Source: Hemiscyllium ocellatum (taxonomy: Eukaryota). Taken from it: a DNA stretch of 64,000 nt. Position numbers and translations under genes: made by a program. The notes beneath the pieces were generated by a model. The model did no database searches and had not been told where the DNA came from. It saw nothing but the letters and a program-made list of their open reading frames with translations. Location: positions 32,674,001 through 32,738,000 of the forward strand of contig NC_083413.1 in assembly GCF_020745735.1 (NCBI RefSeq), read 5' to 3'. Below, one piece after another: positions 24,439 through 38,130 of the stretch; position 1 is the first letter of the stretch, and every line of letters begins with the position of its first letter.

Positions 24439-25084
24439 TAATGTTTATTGCACAACTGTTGCTCGGAAAATGGGGTTGTTTGAATTAACTTGCTGTGTTT
24501 TTTTAATCCTTGCATTCAAAGTTTTATGGTATTTGGTGCCAACTGTGTTTGCTCCAGTGAATTGCCTTTGTGATGAAATAAGCATGTTGGTTTGTGCAGT
24601 ATTTCCCATTTTAACAAGACCAAAATTTATTACACACTTCATATTGGTCTTTTAGAATTTGACCAGGTTTAAAATGTATTGCAGTTTAAAATGCATCCTT
24701 ATAAATGTCTCCGGTTTACTGTAGATCTCACTTTAAATTTGTTTTTCATGAAGATTTTGAATTTAGTAACCTTTAACTTGGTGATAATGGAAAAACTCCA
24801 CCGTTTCTGTATGGTTGTCAATGTGATTTTAATGTTCAGTGTTGTATTTATTTTGACTTCATTGTTTATGGATTTTTCATCTTAACTGCACCTACAGTTG
24901 CATTGAGCTTTTACCTTGTATCTGAGTTAGCGCTCTAGAGATGTACGTCATAGAAACAGACCCTTCTGTCCAAAGTGTCCATGCTAGCCAGATATCCTAA
25001 ATTAATCTAGTCCCGTTTGCCAGGACGTGGCCCATATCCCTTTAAACCCTTTCTATTCCTGTACCCAACCGATGGCTTTTAAAT

Positions 25085-25877
25085 GTTAAAAATCAAACAA
25101 CACCAGGTTATTGTCCAACATATTTATTTGGAAGCACTACCTTTTGGAGCACTGCTCCTTCATCAAATAGCTATGGAGCAACACCATAAGACACAGAATT
25201 TATAGCAAAAGATTAGTGTCATGTGATTGAAATGGTATATTGAACAAACCTAGATTGCTGTTAAGTCTTTCATCTTTTAGAATGGCTTGCAGGTTTCAGT
25301 TCATTAATATGTAAATCCCAAAACTTCTTTCAAGTCATATTCTCGAAATAACTTGGGTTTTATTTAAAAAGTGACATCTCAGCTCAGACAATGATTAAAG
25401 GTGTGAGGTTAGAGACTGTGTATCCCAGTCTTGAGTCAGAATGGTTCTATTTCCAAAGTGGAATTTGTGAAATTATAGAATTGACTGCCTGCACATTTTG
25501 AGCACAATAGAATGTAACTGCAAATGCAAATTCACCCCATTGGGTGGGTGTGTGTGAGAGAGAGAGAGACAGACAGTGTGTCTGCATGCTTGATAAATTG
25601 TGAGTGTGATGGAATATAAGCCCGTGAGAGAGTGGGTCTGCACGATTGTGAATTCGAAAAGACAGCAATGTAGGTTTGTTCAATATATCATTTCAGTTGT
25701 ATGACGCTGTAATCTTTTGTGATAAATTGTGTCTTATGGTCCTGCTCTGCAGCTACCTGATGAAGGGACAGTGCTCCAAAAGCTAGTGCTTCCAAATAAA
25801 TTTGTTAGAGTATAACTTGGTGTTTTGTGTGATTTTTAACTTTGTTCACTCCAGTCCAACGCTGGCTTCTCCACATC
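25085..25877. mobile_element. Penelope-like family B foldback relic in RPL35A intron 3, inside a CR1 3' end
   Basis: Inverted arms 25085-25260 and 25670-25840, a ~36-nt tail at 25841-25877, duplicated flank ATGGCYTTTAAATGTT. Confidence 0.8.
25752..25789 (+). ncRNA. Degenerate hammerhead (PLE family B)
   Basis: GCUAC-CUGAUGA-AGGGAC(AGU)GCUCC-AAAA-GCUA-GUGC. The family consensus CUGAUGA-A-GGAGC(NNN)GCUCC-GAAA-GCUA is pieced together from copies at ~25135-25170, ~20955-20990, ~22300-22335 and ~63785-63840. Confidence 0.65.
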
Positions 25878-26833
25878 ATGGCCTTTAAATGTTGTGATTG
25901 AACCAGCCTCCACCACCACCTCTGGCAGCTCATTCTACACACTCTCCATTCTGTGTGAAAATGTTGCCCCTTAGGTCCCTTTGAATCTTTTCCCCTTCCA
26001 CCCTAAACCAATGCCCTCTAGTTCTGGACCACCCCACCCCACCCCACCTCAGGGAAAATATGCTATCCATGCTCCTCAAGATTTTATAAACCCTTATAAG
26101 ACAATAGACAATAGGTGCAGGAGTAGGCCATTCTGCCCTTCGAGCCTGCACCACCATTCAGTATGATCATGGCTGATCATCCTTAATCAGTATCTTGTTC
26201 CTGCCTTATCTCCATATAAGGTCACCCTTTAGCCTCTGATGCGCAAGTGAAAATAGCATTTTCAGTCTCTGTGTAGCTGAAATCCTCCAACCCTAACAAC
26301 ATCCTTATAAATCTTTTCTGAACCCTTTCAAGTTTTCTTCGCGCACACAGTGTTCCAAATGTGGCCCAACCAGTGTGATGTATAGACACAACACAGCCTC
26401 CCAACTCCTTTACTCGATGCACTGACCAATTAAAGATAGCATTCCAAATGCCACCTTCACTATCCTATCTACCTGTGATTCCACTTTCAAGGAACTAGAA
26501 CCTGTAAACCAAGGCCTCTTTCTTCAGCAATACTCCCCAGGACCTTACCATAAGATTGGTATAATTTTGATCTCCTGGGAGGGTTGGTGGGAATAGAGAG
26601 AGAGAATATTGTTATTATCCATGATTATCTCATTCCTGTGGCTTTTTTTTTACACTTTTCATTGTTATTTTACTTCAGACTCTTCTAAAACCTACATTTA
26701 GAAATCCACTAAATGATAACATCTAGCTGGGAATTAGTTCCCTATTGCATTGATGGCTTCCTGCTTCACTGGTTTCCAGTTGAGAAAGCACTGTTTACTT
26801 TGTTTTTAAATGTAATTTCCTTTTTCTTTTTAA

Positions 26834-27043
<210 letters not shown>

Positions 27044-27873
27044 TGAACAAATCCTCATAGTGGCCTGGATCTTAGAGGTTTATTGGCTCTGTTTTTTATA
27101 TATGTAATCAAAATTCTGCTTTCATCACATCGGGTTTGAGCTGTTTTAGTGAAAAGGTTCAGCAGCTTGATAATATTTTAAAACATGTTTTAATATCTGG
27201 TTTAAAATCATGCATTATCCAGCAGTATGTACCGTTTGTTTCACTTGGAGCACATCATCTAATTTAAATGCTGTATTGCTTCAGATGTTTTTGACAGAAA
27301 ACATTGAGCTGTCGAGTCAGGGATATAGTCCTTTCTGCAATGGCATATTAGAAAATACTTGTGAAGGCTGACCATGTTGCTGATTTGTTTGTTTTCTGAG
27401 CCACATCATATTTAGATATTTTGCTATGTGAGGTAAAAAAGGGTTTGGATTTCTCGCAGTCTCTAGATGCTCAAGTCATATCTGGGGCAGTTAATTTTGG
27501 TACAGTCTTAATTGCAACCAAGTCTTCCATTTGTTTTGAAATATTTTTGAAGTAGACTAATACTATTTATTGGATTCAGCTTAACTAGTCAATTGAGGCA
27601 ATCATTGATTTGTTTGGAAAAAAACGCAACTGTGAGTGAGTTTGTTTGCTTAGAATCAAGCTGTATCTGCTCAATTGCACAAAGCTTACAGAAATTTCAA
27701 AATCTCATGGAAATAAAATGGCTAGTGATGACACCAAAGAGAGTAGAGCTGGCCAAATGTGTTTCTCAATGTAAGCACAGCTTAAATGTATTGTGACCCA
27801 TTTGATGGAAATGTCAAACTATTGGTAGATGGTTCATTTTATATATTCACCTCGATTTTTTTTTAATTTCCAG

Positions 27874-27897
27874 ATGCTGTACCCATCAAGGATCTAA
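27874..27897 (+). CDS. RPL35A: RPL35A last coding exon, MLYPSRI*
   Basis: TTTCCAG acceptor. The four exons sum to 333 nt = 110 aa + stop. Confidence 0.97.
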   Translation: MLYPSRI

Positions 27898-27921
27898 AGC
27901 ACAGCTGTACATAAATTTGAC

Positions 27922-27927
27922 AATAAA
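27922..27927 (+). terminator. RPL35A polyadenylation signal AATAAA
   Basis: 25 nt after the stop codon, followed by a GT/T-rich downstream element (GGTTTTGTGTTTTTATTTGT). Confidence 0.85.
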
Positions 27928-28302
27928 TATTAAAATGAATTAAATTGCCTGGTTTTGTGTTTTTATTTGTGAATGAAAGTGATCATGGAACAAAATTTTA
28001 AAGTAGAAATTGCATGACCACTTTACACATCTGTATCTATCGAAGTGTTGATGTTTGTTTGTTATTAAACAGTTTTGCACTGTTCATGAAATCTGCAATG
28101 GATATGCTTAGGCTTATGCTTCCCTTTGTTTAACATATATGTATTGCCTCCGTTATGCAATATTTGTTTAAAATTTATATATGGAACAGCTGATCAAACT
28201 CATTCTTGCAGAAATAAAATTTGAGATTTTGATTGTGAGAATGAAGAGAAAAATATCAGTTAATTGCTCCAAATTGGAGTATTGCAAGTAGTTGACAGAA
28301 CA

Positions 28303-29766
28303 CATATGGGCCCCAGCTATGCCTGCCTCTTTGGCTACGTAGAACAGTTGATCTTCCATAATTACACCGGCACCCACCTCTTCCTCTGCTACATTGATGA
28401 CTGCACTGGAGCCACCTCGTGCTCCCGCGAGGAGGTTGAGCAATTCATCAACTTCACCAACACATTCCAACCTGACCTTAAATTTACCTGGACCATCTCT
28501 GACACCTCCCTCCCCTTCCTGGACCTCTCCATCTCCATTAATGATGACCGACTTGACACATTTTTTACAAACTCACCGACTCCCACAGATACCTGGATTA
28601 CACCTCTTCCCACCCTATCTCTTGCAAAAATGCCATCCTGTATTCCCAATTCCTCCGCCTCTGCCGTATCTGCTCCCAGGAGGACCAGTTCCACCATAGA
28701 ATACACCAGATGGCCTCCTTCTTTAGAGACCACAGTTTCCCTTCCCACGTGGTTAAAGATGCCCTCCAACGCATCCCATCCACATCCCACACCTCCGCCC
28801 TCAGACCACACCCCTCCAACCGTAACAAGGACAGAACGCCCCTGGTGCTCACCTTCCACCCTACCAACATTCACGTAAACCAAATAATCCGCCGACATTT
28901 CCGCCACCTCCAAAAAGACCCCACCACCACAGATATATTTCCCTCCCCACCCCTTTCTGCCTTCCGCAAAGTTCCCTCCGTGACTACCTGGTCAAGTCCA
29001 CACACCCCTACGACCCACCCTCCCATCCTGGCACTTTCCCCTCCCACCGCAGGAACTGTAAAATCTGTGCCCACTCCTCCTCCCTCACCTCTATCCAAGG
29101 CCCTAAAGGAGCCTTCCACATCCACCAAAGGTTTACCTGCACATCCACTAATATCATTTATTGTATCCGTTGCTCCCGATGCAGTCTCCTCTACATTGGG
29201 GAGACTGGCCGCCCCCTAGCTGAGGGCTTTAGGGAACATCTCCAAGATACCCGCACCAATCAACCACACTGCCCCGTGGCCCAACATTTCAACTTCCCCC
29301 TCCCACTCTGCCGAGGACATGGAGGTCCTGGACCTCCTTCACCTCCGCTCCCTCACCACCAGAAGCCTGGAGGAAGAACGCCTCATCTTCTGCCTCGGAA
29401 CACTTAAACCCCAGGGCACCAATGTGGACTTCAACAGCTTCCTCATTCCCCCCCCCCACCTCACCCTAGTTTCAAACTTCAGTTCAGCACTCCCTATGAC
29501 TTGTCCAGACTTGTCCGACCTGCCTAGCTCCTTTTCCACCTATCCACTCCACCCTCTCCTCCCTGACCCATCACCTTCATCTCCTCCCCACTCACCCATT
29601 GTACTCTGTGCTACTCTCTCCCCACCCCACCCTCCCCTAGCTTATCTCCATGCTTCCAGCTCACTGCCTTTATTCCTGATGAAGGGCTTTTGCTCAAAAC
29701 GTCGATTTTTTTTTGCTGCTCGTTGGATGCTGCCTGAACTGCTGTGCTCTTCCAGCACCACTAATC
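28303..29766 (+). mobile_element. 5'-truncated, frameshifted Penelope-like element, family A
   Basis: MGPSYACLF, FLCYIDDC, PFLD, then GIY-YIG remnants and the terminal repeat with a hammerhead. Possible TSD CAGAACA. Confidence 0.9.
29672..29707 (+). ncRNA. Degenerate hammerhead (family A; GAAA to AAAA)
   Basis: AUUC-CUGAUGA-AGGGC(UUUU)GCUC-AAAA-CGUC. Catalytic G12 lost, consistent with CpG decay. Confidence 0.7.
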
Positions 29767-32700
29767 CAGAACAAGTTTTTATAAAGCTGAGGATCCTGGA
29801 TATTTCATTGAGGCAGAGGACAAGAGCCAGGAAAGTATGCTAAGACCATGAATACTAGTTCAGCACCTGTTCGGAGTATGTGCCCATTTCTGTACATGCC
29901 ACTTTACATATGCTCTTATTTTATTCCTAAAGTATTAAGAAGAAATTCGCTGAAAAGGATTACAGTTATGTGGGATTGCATAAGTAAGTAGAAACTTTGA
30001 TATTGTGTGGTAGTATCTTTGGTAAATGCATTTAAGCTGCCTGATGAGAGCCAGAAGTGACATGAGGATAAACATTTACACAACAATTGGTTGGAATTTG
30101 GATTGCACTGTCATTTGTGAATACAGATGCAGTAGTAGCTTTCAAAGGGAATTATATACGTACTTGGAATAAACATTGCAGTGACGTGGGGAAATTGGCT
30201 AAAATCAGGAGTGCTACACACAGAGTTGATTCGTCCGCTTCCTGTGTTATTCTATGGATAGCTATTGGAAAGCTTCTGTTATTTTGTGCCTAGCATGTAA
30301 GATTTGGGAAAGAGCATTTCTGGGCATTCATCTGAATTACAGGCAAAAGTTTATAAGCCACTAAAACTGCTTGTTGAGATCTTGCAAACCATCATAATTA
30401 TTTGAATGTGCATATTTCAAACACTCCTTGGAGATTAGTGAGTGATCTTAAAAGGAGGGGGTGGGTTAACCATCTTTTCAGTTGCATTGGAAGTAATTCA
30501 GATGACAACTTTTCAGGGTCTGCTTGCTCTTTTTAACGTAGCTCTAGCTGCTAGTTCTTCTGACTCCCAGGTTTTCTTTTTCTCATTTGTTTTCCTTCAG
30601 TAGAACAGAGAACAGAAAACTGATTAAAAAGTAGAACTTTGGACTCCTGAACTATCTCTTGCTGGTGGTCAACTATTCCCTATCTGCCAGCATGCTCCAG
30701 CATTGTGATGTAACCACCTCAAACTCTGATTTGCAGATGCATCACAGTGACACCAGCTGCTGCTCAAGCTTGTGGAGCTGAAGCTTTTGTGAAGTGTCCA
30801 AATTGTCCACATGCAACAGAATAAGCACACCACTAGGACCTACTGCAATTTATAATAAGAATGAAAAGTATATAAAAGTAATATTCAACTATGAATGCAT
30901 TGTGTGCGCTTTGTTTTAGTGCATAGGATTCTTTTAAAAGAAATGACATCACAGAAATTCTATAAGTTTGCTCGCTGGTGTTAGAAAGGGAGGAAAGTCA
31001 AACCAAACATCAGAGCAAGACTTGACACAAGCTTGTTTATCGGTGAGAGTATCTGTTAATGAGCTGAAGCTTTTTCTCAATATTTAACAACTTTACTAGA
31101 ATTATGTATATTAATACTAAAAAAGCAACATAACTGAATAACTAAGTAACGAATTAACAACTCGAAACTGCCGTATACTAATGAGAGTCATGCCAAACAT
31201 ATGTAGTCAAGTGTTTAAACGTTTGAGCAGCTTCACACCTTAGTTTAAACCTAAACCATGCTAGGACTGGTGTTTTTGCAAACCACATAACTAAGAAAGT
31301 GGAATGGGTCTTAAAAATAGTGGGGGCAAGGCCCCAAGTCTGGGAGGTTGTGATGAATCATAGAGTGGGGTAAATGCAACAGTGTAAGGCGTTAATGTGG
31401 GAAATGGTAGACTGTGTGCACCTTCTAGTCACTATGTGGATCAAAGAGCAAATCAATTACTAGAAGTTACAAAAATAATAAAAAGACACTGATGTGCATA
31501 GCATTCAAAACCAAAAAAAGAACTAATGATACAAACTGAGATAAATAAGTATGATCTACTGGCCATGAGATGTGTCTGCAGGGTGACCAAGATTGGGATT
31601 TGAATACCAAAAGGCATGTGACATTTTGGAAAGATTGGAAGCTAGGAAAGAGTGAAGGAGTGGCTCTGTTAACTAAATAGATATTAACACTATAGAAAGG
31701 GAGGATCTTAATTCAGGAAGTCAGGATATAAACACAGTTTGGGTGGAGATGAAGAATGTCAAAAGGCAAGATGTCATTTGTGGGAGTTGTGTCCTGGCCT
31801 TCAGACAGTAACCACATGGTAGGGCCTCAACTCTTTACAATTTATATGAATGATTCAGATAAAAGGATCAAAGATATTGTAACAAGATTTGCTGATGACA
31901 AAGACACGTTGGAAAATGTGTGTGATGAGGACATAAGCCTATAAAGAGTTTTGATAGTTAAATGAGTAGGCAAAGTTCTGGTAATGGACTGCAACATGGA
32001 AAAGTACGAAACTTTTCAGCAGAACTTTTTAAAAAATATATACCATCTAACTTGTGAAAGAGATTAGGGTGTCCTATTATTTGTGTATCACAGAAGGCTA
32101 CTATGCAGCTGCAGCAAGTACAAGTCAGGAAAGCTCATAGAATGTTGTGGTTTATAGTGAGGGGAATTTAATGCAAGTATTGGGAAGATATACTTCACAT
32201 GAGACCACATCTGGAGTACCTTTATAGTACTGGTCACCACACTTACAAAAAGGTGCATTGGAAGTAATTCAGAGAAAGTTTACGAGACAACATTGTGGAA
32301 TTAACAGAATGCCTTACGAAGGAAGGTCAGACAGGCTGGTCCTATATCCTCTGGAATTTAGAACAGTTGGATATAATTGAAAAATAGAAAACTGAGACAA
32401 TTTGACTAGGTGAACATTGCAAGGATGTTTCCTTTTGAGGGAGAATCAAGAATTATGGGTCATAGTTTAAAAATAAGAGGGTGCCCATTTTAAACAGATG
32501 AGGAAACATTTTGTTCTGAGTTGAGAATCGTAACTTTTTTCCTCAAAATAGATGCAGTACCTATAAATACTTTTAAGGCAAAGGTAGGTAGAACCTTGAT
32601 TACGAAGGAGATCAAAAATGATTGAAGATATGCAGGAATGTAGAGTTGAGGTCAAAATTAGAATGGCCATGATCTTAATGAATGGTGGAACAGGCTTAAA

Positions 32701-33837
32701 AGGACAAGCAGCCTACTCCTGTTCCTTCTTCGTATGTACATCAGGATAGCAAATGGATTGGAGAGGAACTTGCAAATGGTCATTTTCACATTTATCTACT
32801 GCCCTTGTCCTAGATGGTATTGGCCATGATTTTGGTAAGTACTGTCTGAGAAGCCTTCATGAATTTCTTCAGTGCATTCTGTGGATGATTGACATTGCTG
32901 CTAGTGTTGTTGGAGTTGTACTCATCAGATAAGTGGGGAGTATTCCATCACACTCCCAAGTTATACCTTGTAGATGGAGGACAGGCCTTGGGGAATCAGG
33001 AGTTGAGTTATTTGCCACAGGATTCCTAGCCACAATATTTAAAAGAGATAGTCCAGTTCAGCTTCTGGCCAATAGTAATCCCAGGATCTTGATAGTGGGA
33101 GATTCAGGCATGGTAATGCCAGTGAATGTCTTGGGATGGTGGTTAGATTGTCTCTTGTTCGAAATGATTATTGCCTAGGACTTGAGAGGCGTGAATGTTT
33201 TTTGCCACTTGTCAACTCAGGCCTGGATTTTGTCGAGTTCTTGATGCATTTAGATGTAGACTGCTTCAATATCTGCCAAGTCACAAATGCTGATCAACAT
33301 TGCAATCATTCGTGAACATCTCCTACTTCTTACCTTATGACAGTGGGAAGATCTTTGAAGCAGGTGAAGATATTTAGGCCTAGGACATTATGCCGAGGAA
33401 ATCCTGCAGCGATGTCCTGGAGTTGAGATGACTGACTTCAACTAAACTACGTTTCTTTGTGCCAAAGATATACCAACCGGCGAGTTTTTCTCTTGATTCC
33501 CATTGCCTCAAGCTTTGCTAGTGCTCCTTGATGCCAAACTCAGTCAAATGCTGCCTTGATGTTGAAGACTGTCACTCTCTGCCTTCTGCTGAAATGCAGC
33601 TTGTTTGTCCATGTTTTAATCAAGAATGTAGCAAGGTCAGCAGAACCCAACTGGGGTGGGGGAGTCCATAACTAGAGGGCATACGTTTAGGATGTGAGGG
33701 GAAAGATTTTTAAAAATTGCCCCTTAGGTTTCTTTTATAGATAGAGGATGGTGCATGTATGGAATGAGCTGCAAGAGGAAGTGGTGGAGGCTGGTATAAT
33801 TAGAACATTTAAAAGGCATCTGGATGGTTATATGAAA

Positions 33838-35030
33838 AGGAGAAAGTGAGAACTGCAGATGCTGGAGACCAGAGTTGAAAAATGTGGTGCTGGAAAAACA
33901 CAACAGGCCAGGCAGTATCCGAGGAGCAGGAGAATCGATGTTTCGGGCATAAGCCCTTCTTCAGCAATGAGGCTGGTATGCCAAGCAGGCTGAGATAAAA
34001 GGTAGGGAGGAGGGAATTTGGGGAGGGGCACTGGGAATACGATAGGTGGAAGGAGGTGAGGGTGATAGGCCGGAGGGGGGCGGAGAGGTTGGGAAGAAGA
34101 TTGCAGGTCAAGAGGGTGTTGCTGAATCCGAAGGTTGGGACTGAAATAAGGTGGAGGGAGGGGAAATGAGGAAGCTGGAGAAATTACATTCATCCCGTGT
34201 GGTTGGAGGGTTCCTAGGCAGGAGATGAGGCGCTCTTCCTCCAGGCCTCATGTAGCCAGGGTCTGACAATGGAGGAGGCCAAGGATCTGCATGCCCTTGG
34301 CGGAGTGGGAGGGGGAGTTAAAGTGTCCAGCCACAGGGCAGTTAGGTTGATTGGTGCGGGTGTCCCAGAGGTGTTCCCTGAAACGTTCTGCAAGAAGGCG
34401 GACTGTCTCCCCAATGTAGAGGAGACCACATCGGGTGCAAAGGATACAGTAAATGACGTGTGTGGAGGTGCAGGTGAATTTGTGATGGATTTGGAAGGAT
34501 CCATTGGGGCCTTGGAGGGGGGAGGAGTGGGCACAAGTTTTGCACTTCTTGCAGTTGCAGGGGAAGGTGCTGGGAGTGGAGGTTGGGTTGGTGGGGGGTT
34601 GTGGACCTGACGAGGGAGTCGCGGAGGGAGTGGTCTCTCCGGAACGCTGATAGGGGTGGGGAGGGAAATACATCCCTGGTGGTGGGATCTGTCTGGAGGT
34701 GGCAGAAATGACGGAGGATGATATGATGTATCCGGAGGTTGGTGGGGTGGAAGGTGAGGACCAGTGGGGTCTTGTCCTGGTGGCAATTAGAGGAGTGGGG
34801 TTCAAGGGCAGAGGTGCGGGATGTGGTGGAGAGCATCGTCGACCACATCGAAGGGGAAATTGCGGTCTTTGAAGAAGGCCTTATGGGTTGTTTGGTTGTG
34901 GAATTGGTCCTCCTGGGAGCAGATGCGGCAGAGGCGAAGGAATAGGGAATATGGGATGGCGTTTTTACAGGGGTCAGGGTGGGAGGAGGTGTTATCTCGG
35001 CAGCTGTGGGAGTCAGTCAGTTTGTAGTAA
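33838..35030 (-). mobile_element. 5'-truncated Penelope-like element, family A, inserted in a CR1 3' end
   Basis: VIYCILCTRCGLLYIGET motif, terminal repeat and tail at 33838-33970. CR1 sequence resumes at ATATGAATAG. Confidence 0.9.
33933..33968 (-). ncRNA. Partly degenerate hammerhead (family A)
   Basis: CUGAAGA-AGGGC(UUAU)GCCC-GAAA-C-AUC. Core kept, but stem I and the stem III palindrome are mutated. Confidence 0.65.
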
Positions 35031-38000
35031 AATATGAATAGCAAGGGTTTAAGAGGGTTATGGACCAAGTGCTGGCAAATGGGACTAGATTAGGTTGGGA
35101 TATCTGGTCGGCATGGACGAGTTGGACTGAAGGGTCTGTTTCCATGCTTACATCTCTATGACTCTATATGTTTGGGGCTACCTCCTGCAGTGAGGTCTTC
35201 GTCTACTACCACTCACGACTGATCAGCAATTTTACTTTAATGTTAGTTAGATCGATTCCAAGACGTCAAAGGTTATTGGGGAAAATATTACTATGGGGCC
35301 TGGGGGTGCTAATATTGGCATGGATAGGAGATTTGGCTAGGTAATGAGAAACAGAATAGGCATTAATGTATCATTTTTTATATTTGGCAAAATATAATAG
35401 ATGATGTGCCACAGAGATCAGTCCCAGGGTTTCAGTGTATATAAAATGGTGGATGGATGTGCTAATGAAGCAAAGATAGGGAGGAAGGCAAATTGTGAGG
35501 CGGGTGTGAGACTACAAAGGATGTATACAAGTTATGAATGGGCAAAAATCTGACAAATGAACTACAGTGTGAGAAAATTTGATATTTTATGTTTTGGCAA
35601 GAATAGAAAAGTATATCTAAATGATGAGATTGCACTGCTCTGAGATGCAGTTGGATGTAGGTGACCTGGTGACTGAATTGCGAAAGGCTAGTATTCAAGT
35701 ATAGCAAGGAATTAGGAAAATTTAAATTAAATGTTCTTACTTAATGAGGGGGGATTTGGATTACAATGCAGAGAGCTTATGCTTCAAATATTCTTGACAC
35801 TGCTAAGACCACATCAGGAGTACTGTGTACAGTTTCAGTTTCCTTATTTTATGAATGGTGTAAAAATCTTGAAAGCAGTTCAAAACGTTCACAAGTAGAT
35901 TCTTGCTAAGCAAGGGTTGAATGGTTATCAGGAGTAGATAGGAATGTGGAATAAGATTACAAACAGATCAGCCATGATATTAAATTGTGAAACAAGTTTG
36001 AAGGACTTGACTCCTACGTTTGTGAGAGACTACCAGTTAGTTTTCAATAATAGGTCTACTTGTTATTTGTGACTTTACAAGTGTAGGATTTTGGAGTTCA
36101 TTTTAATTGCAAGACCCAAGTCAATTACAATTCTAGTTTTATTTTTAAGCTATTCAGGGATGTTATAACACATCTCTAGAGCATGTGGGACATGAACCCA
36201 GGTCTCCTGGCTCAAAAGTAGGAACACTACTGTGCCACCAGAGCTCCTGCAATTATACTTGTCAATTGAAACAGCAAAATCAAGAGTTTACCAGCCCTGA
36301 AAAGTTACAAGACCCAAAATGTTTTTGCATGTTGTATACATTTTATTAAGACAAGCATAAATGAAATTATGCTTAACAAAAGCAGGGTACTATTTCGGTA
36401 AATTCCCTCAGACACTTGCTCAGATAAATTTATTTTAAGATTTAATTTGATTGAACTAAGCTAATATACTTTGGCCTGTTAAGTTGTAAAACGAAATCAT
36501 TTTAAAACATTGTTTTGTCTTTGAGTAAAGGAATTTTATCTTAAAAGTACTTTCAGATGTGTTAGCTTGAATTTCCATTCGTTTGAGTCATTAAAGCAAC
36601 CATAAAACTATAGACCTGAGTCATGTGGCTATTGTTCTCTTAGAGAAATTGTTTTAAAACTAACCTCAATCAAACTGAATATATTTTGATTCCTCACTTA
36701 AGTCAAAATTATTGAAAAATAAGTCTATCCTACACTATGATTGGTAGTGTTTGAAAAACAAAACTAAAAATGACAATGAAAGGATAATACTGTCTTCCTC
36801 CTCTGTTCTCCAGGGAGAGAACGTTGTTAAAATTCTCCTCAGACCAAGCCACATTATCATAATCACACCTGATCACTGCACTGAATTTGTAGTGTTTAGG
36901 TTGTCATATAAGAAATCATCACAAAGTACTATTATAAGACACCCATGAAATGTAAGTCCCCAGAAAGACATGCAAAACTATTGGTAGAACTCGAGAGTGG
37001 TCAATGCGCATGGCTTGGCTACAGATGTGAAATCCATATGATGGAGAAGGGAATAGGCAATTATGTTGATAGATGACAAAGAATGGGAGAAGGTATAATT
37101 GGAATATAAACTCTAACATAGACCAGTTGTGTAAATAGCCTGTTTTTGTGCTTAAATATCTGTGCAAATATGTAAATGTTAGAATAATCCCAACTGCCTT
37201 GAAATTTTTCCAAGTGTGGTGCGCGGAATTAGATCTGCTGTTTCAACTCCCTTTCGTACCTCAAGATGCTTTCTACACTTGTAGTGCTATAAAATGCAAA
37301 TTGTGTTGAATACAAACAATTTGAAGCACTGTAAAAATATGGTAAGAAGCAGATTTCATTTGCAACTTGTAGTCTAAGTTTTATTGAGAGGACATTACAG
37401 ATTGGAGTTAAGTGATCCATACAAAATGATTCCCACTAAAACTTTCTTTTGTCAATTTGAACCTTTGCCAGGATATGGCTAGGAATGCACACACCATCTT
37501 GATCCAATGCCAGTTATAAACAAAGGTTCCTTTCTACCACTGTGTGTTGAGATGTGTGAATAGTGAAGTGTTAAGATTAGAAAACTATCAACATTTATCA
37601 GCAGTTTGCCGTATTTAAGCATGGCACACCATCTTAAGATGACAGAAAATTTAATCTATGTGTGGGTTAAAAATAACATTTTGCAATTTGTACAATTGTA
37701 TGGAATCAGTTCAGAGGACCAAGTTGTTAAGAACTGTTCCTCTGAAGTTGATTTAAAATTTATTGTACCATATCCAAGACCACCCATAATGCTTTTATCT
37801 TCCCCCAGCTATTTCAGTTTCTTTCTTAGTCTGTTGTTCCATATTTGTGGCCCTCACTATGTCCTGAGCTGTGGAATTCTCTTCCTAAATCTCTCCACTA
37901 CTCTTTACTTCACTTTCCTCCTTTAATGCATGCTTGAAGACTTACTGTTTTTAGACTTTACACTTTTTTAAGCTTTTCACCCCATGAAGTTATGTTAAAG

Positions 38001-38106
38001 ATGCAATGAAAATATAAATTGTATGTATTTTCATATTTCTTTCACCTCCACTTGTCCTTAAGAGTGAAAAAATAAAAAAAAATTCACATCCTCAAAAGAT
38101 CAGAAC

Positions 38107-38130
38107 TAAATAAATAAATAAATAAATAAA
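38107..38130. repeat. (TAAA)n microsatellite
   Basis: Six TAAA units. Confidence 0.9.

Larger units (their letters stand above)
24935..26555 (-). mobile_element. CR1 LINE 3' portion in RPL35A intron 3, with nested insertions
   Basis: KLERVQKRF motif and CR1 3' UTR. Interrupted at 25085-25877 and 26101-26214. Confidence 0.8.
31480..36020. mobile_element. Cluster of old CR1-type LINE fragments on both strands, hosting the 33838-35030 PLE
   Basis: GPQLFTIYMND..RFADD at ~31820-31900 and further CR1 3' remnants. Boundaries approximate. Confidence 0.65.

Noticed and set aside
24570-24660. GTGATGA box C in RPL35A intron 3
   Set aside because: No CTGA box D or terminal stem at a suitable distance.
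27290-27410. Possible H/ACA snoRNA (AGAAAA ... GGCT/AGCC ACA)
   Set aside because: Only a 4-bp basal stem is evident; I could not build two convincing hairpins or a guide pocket.
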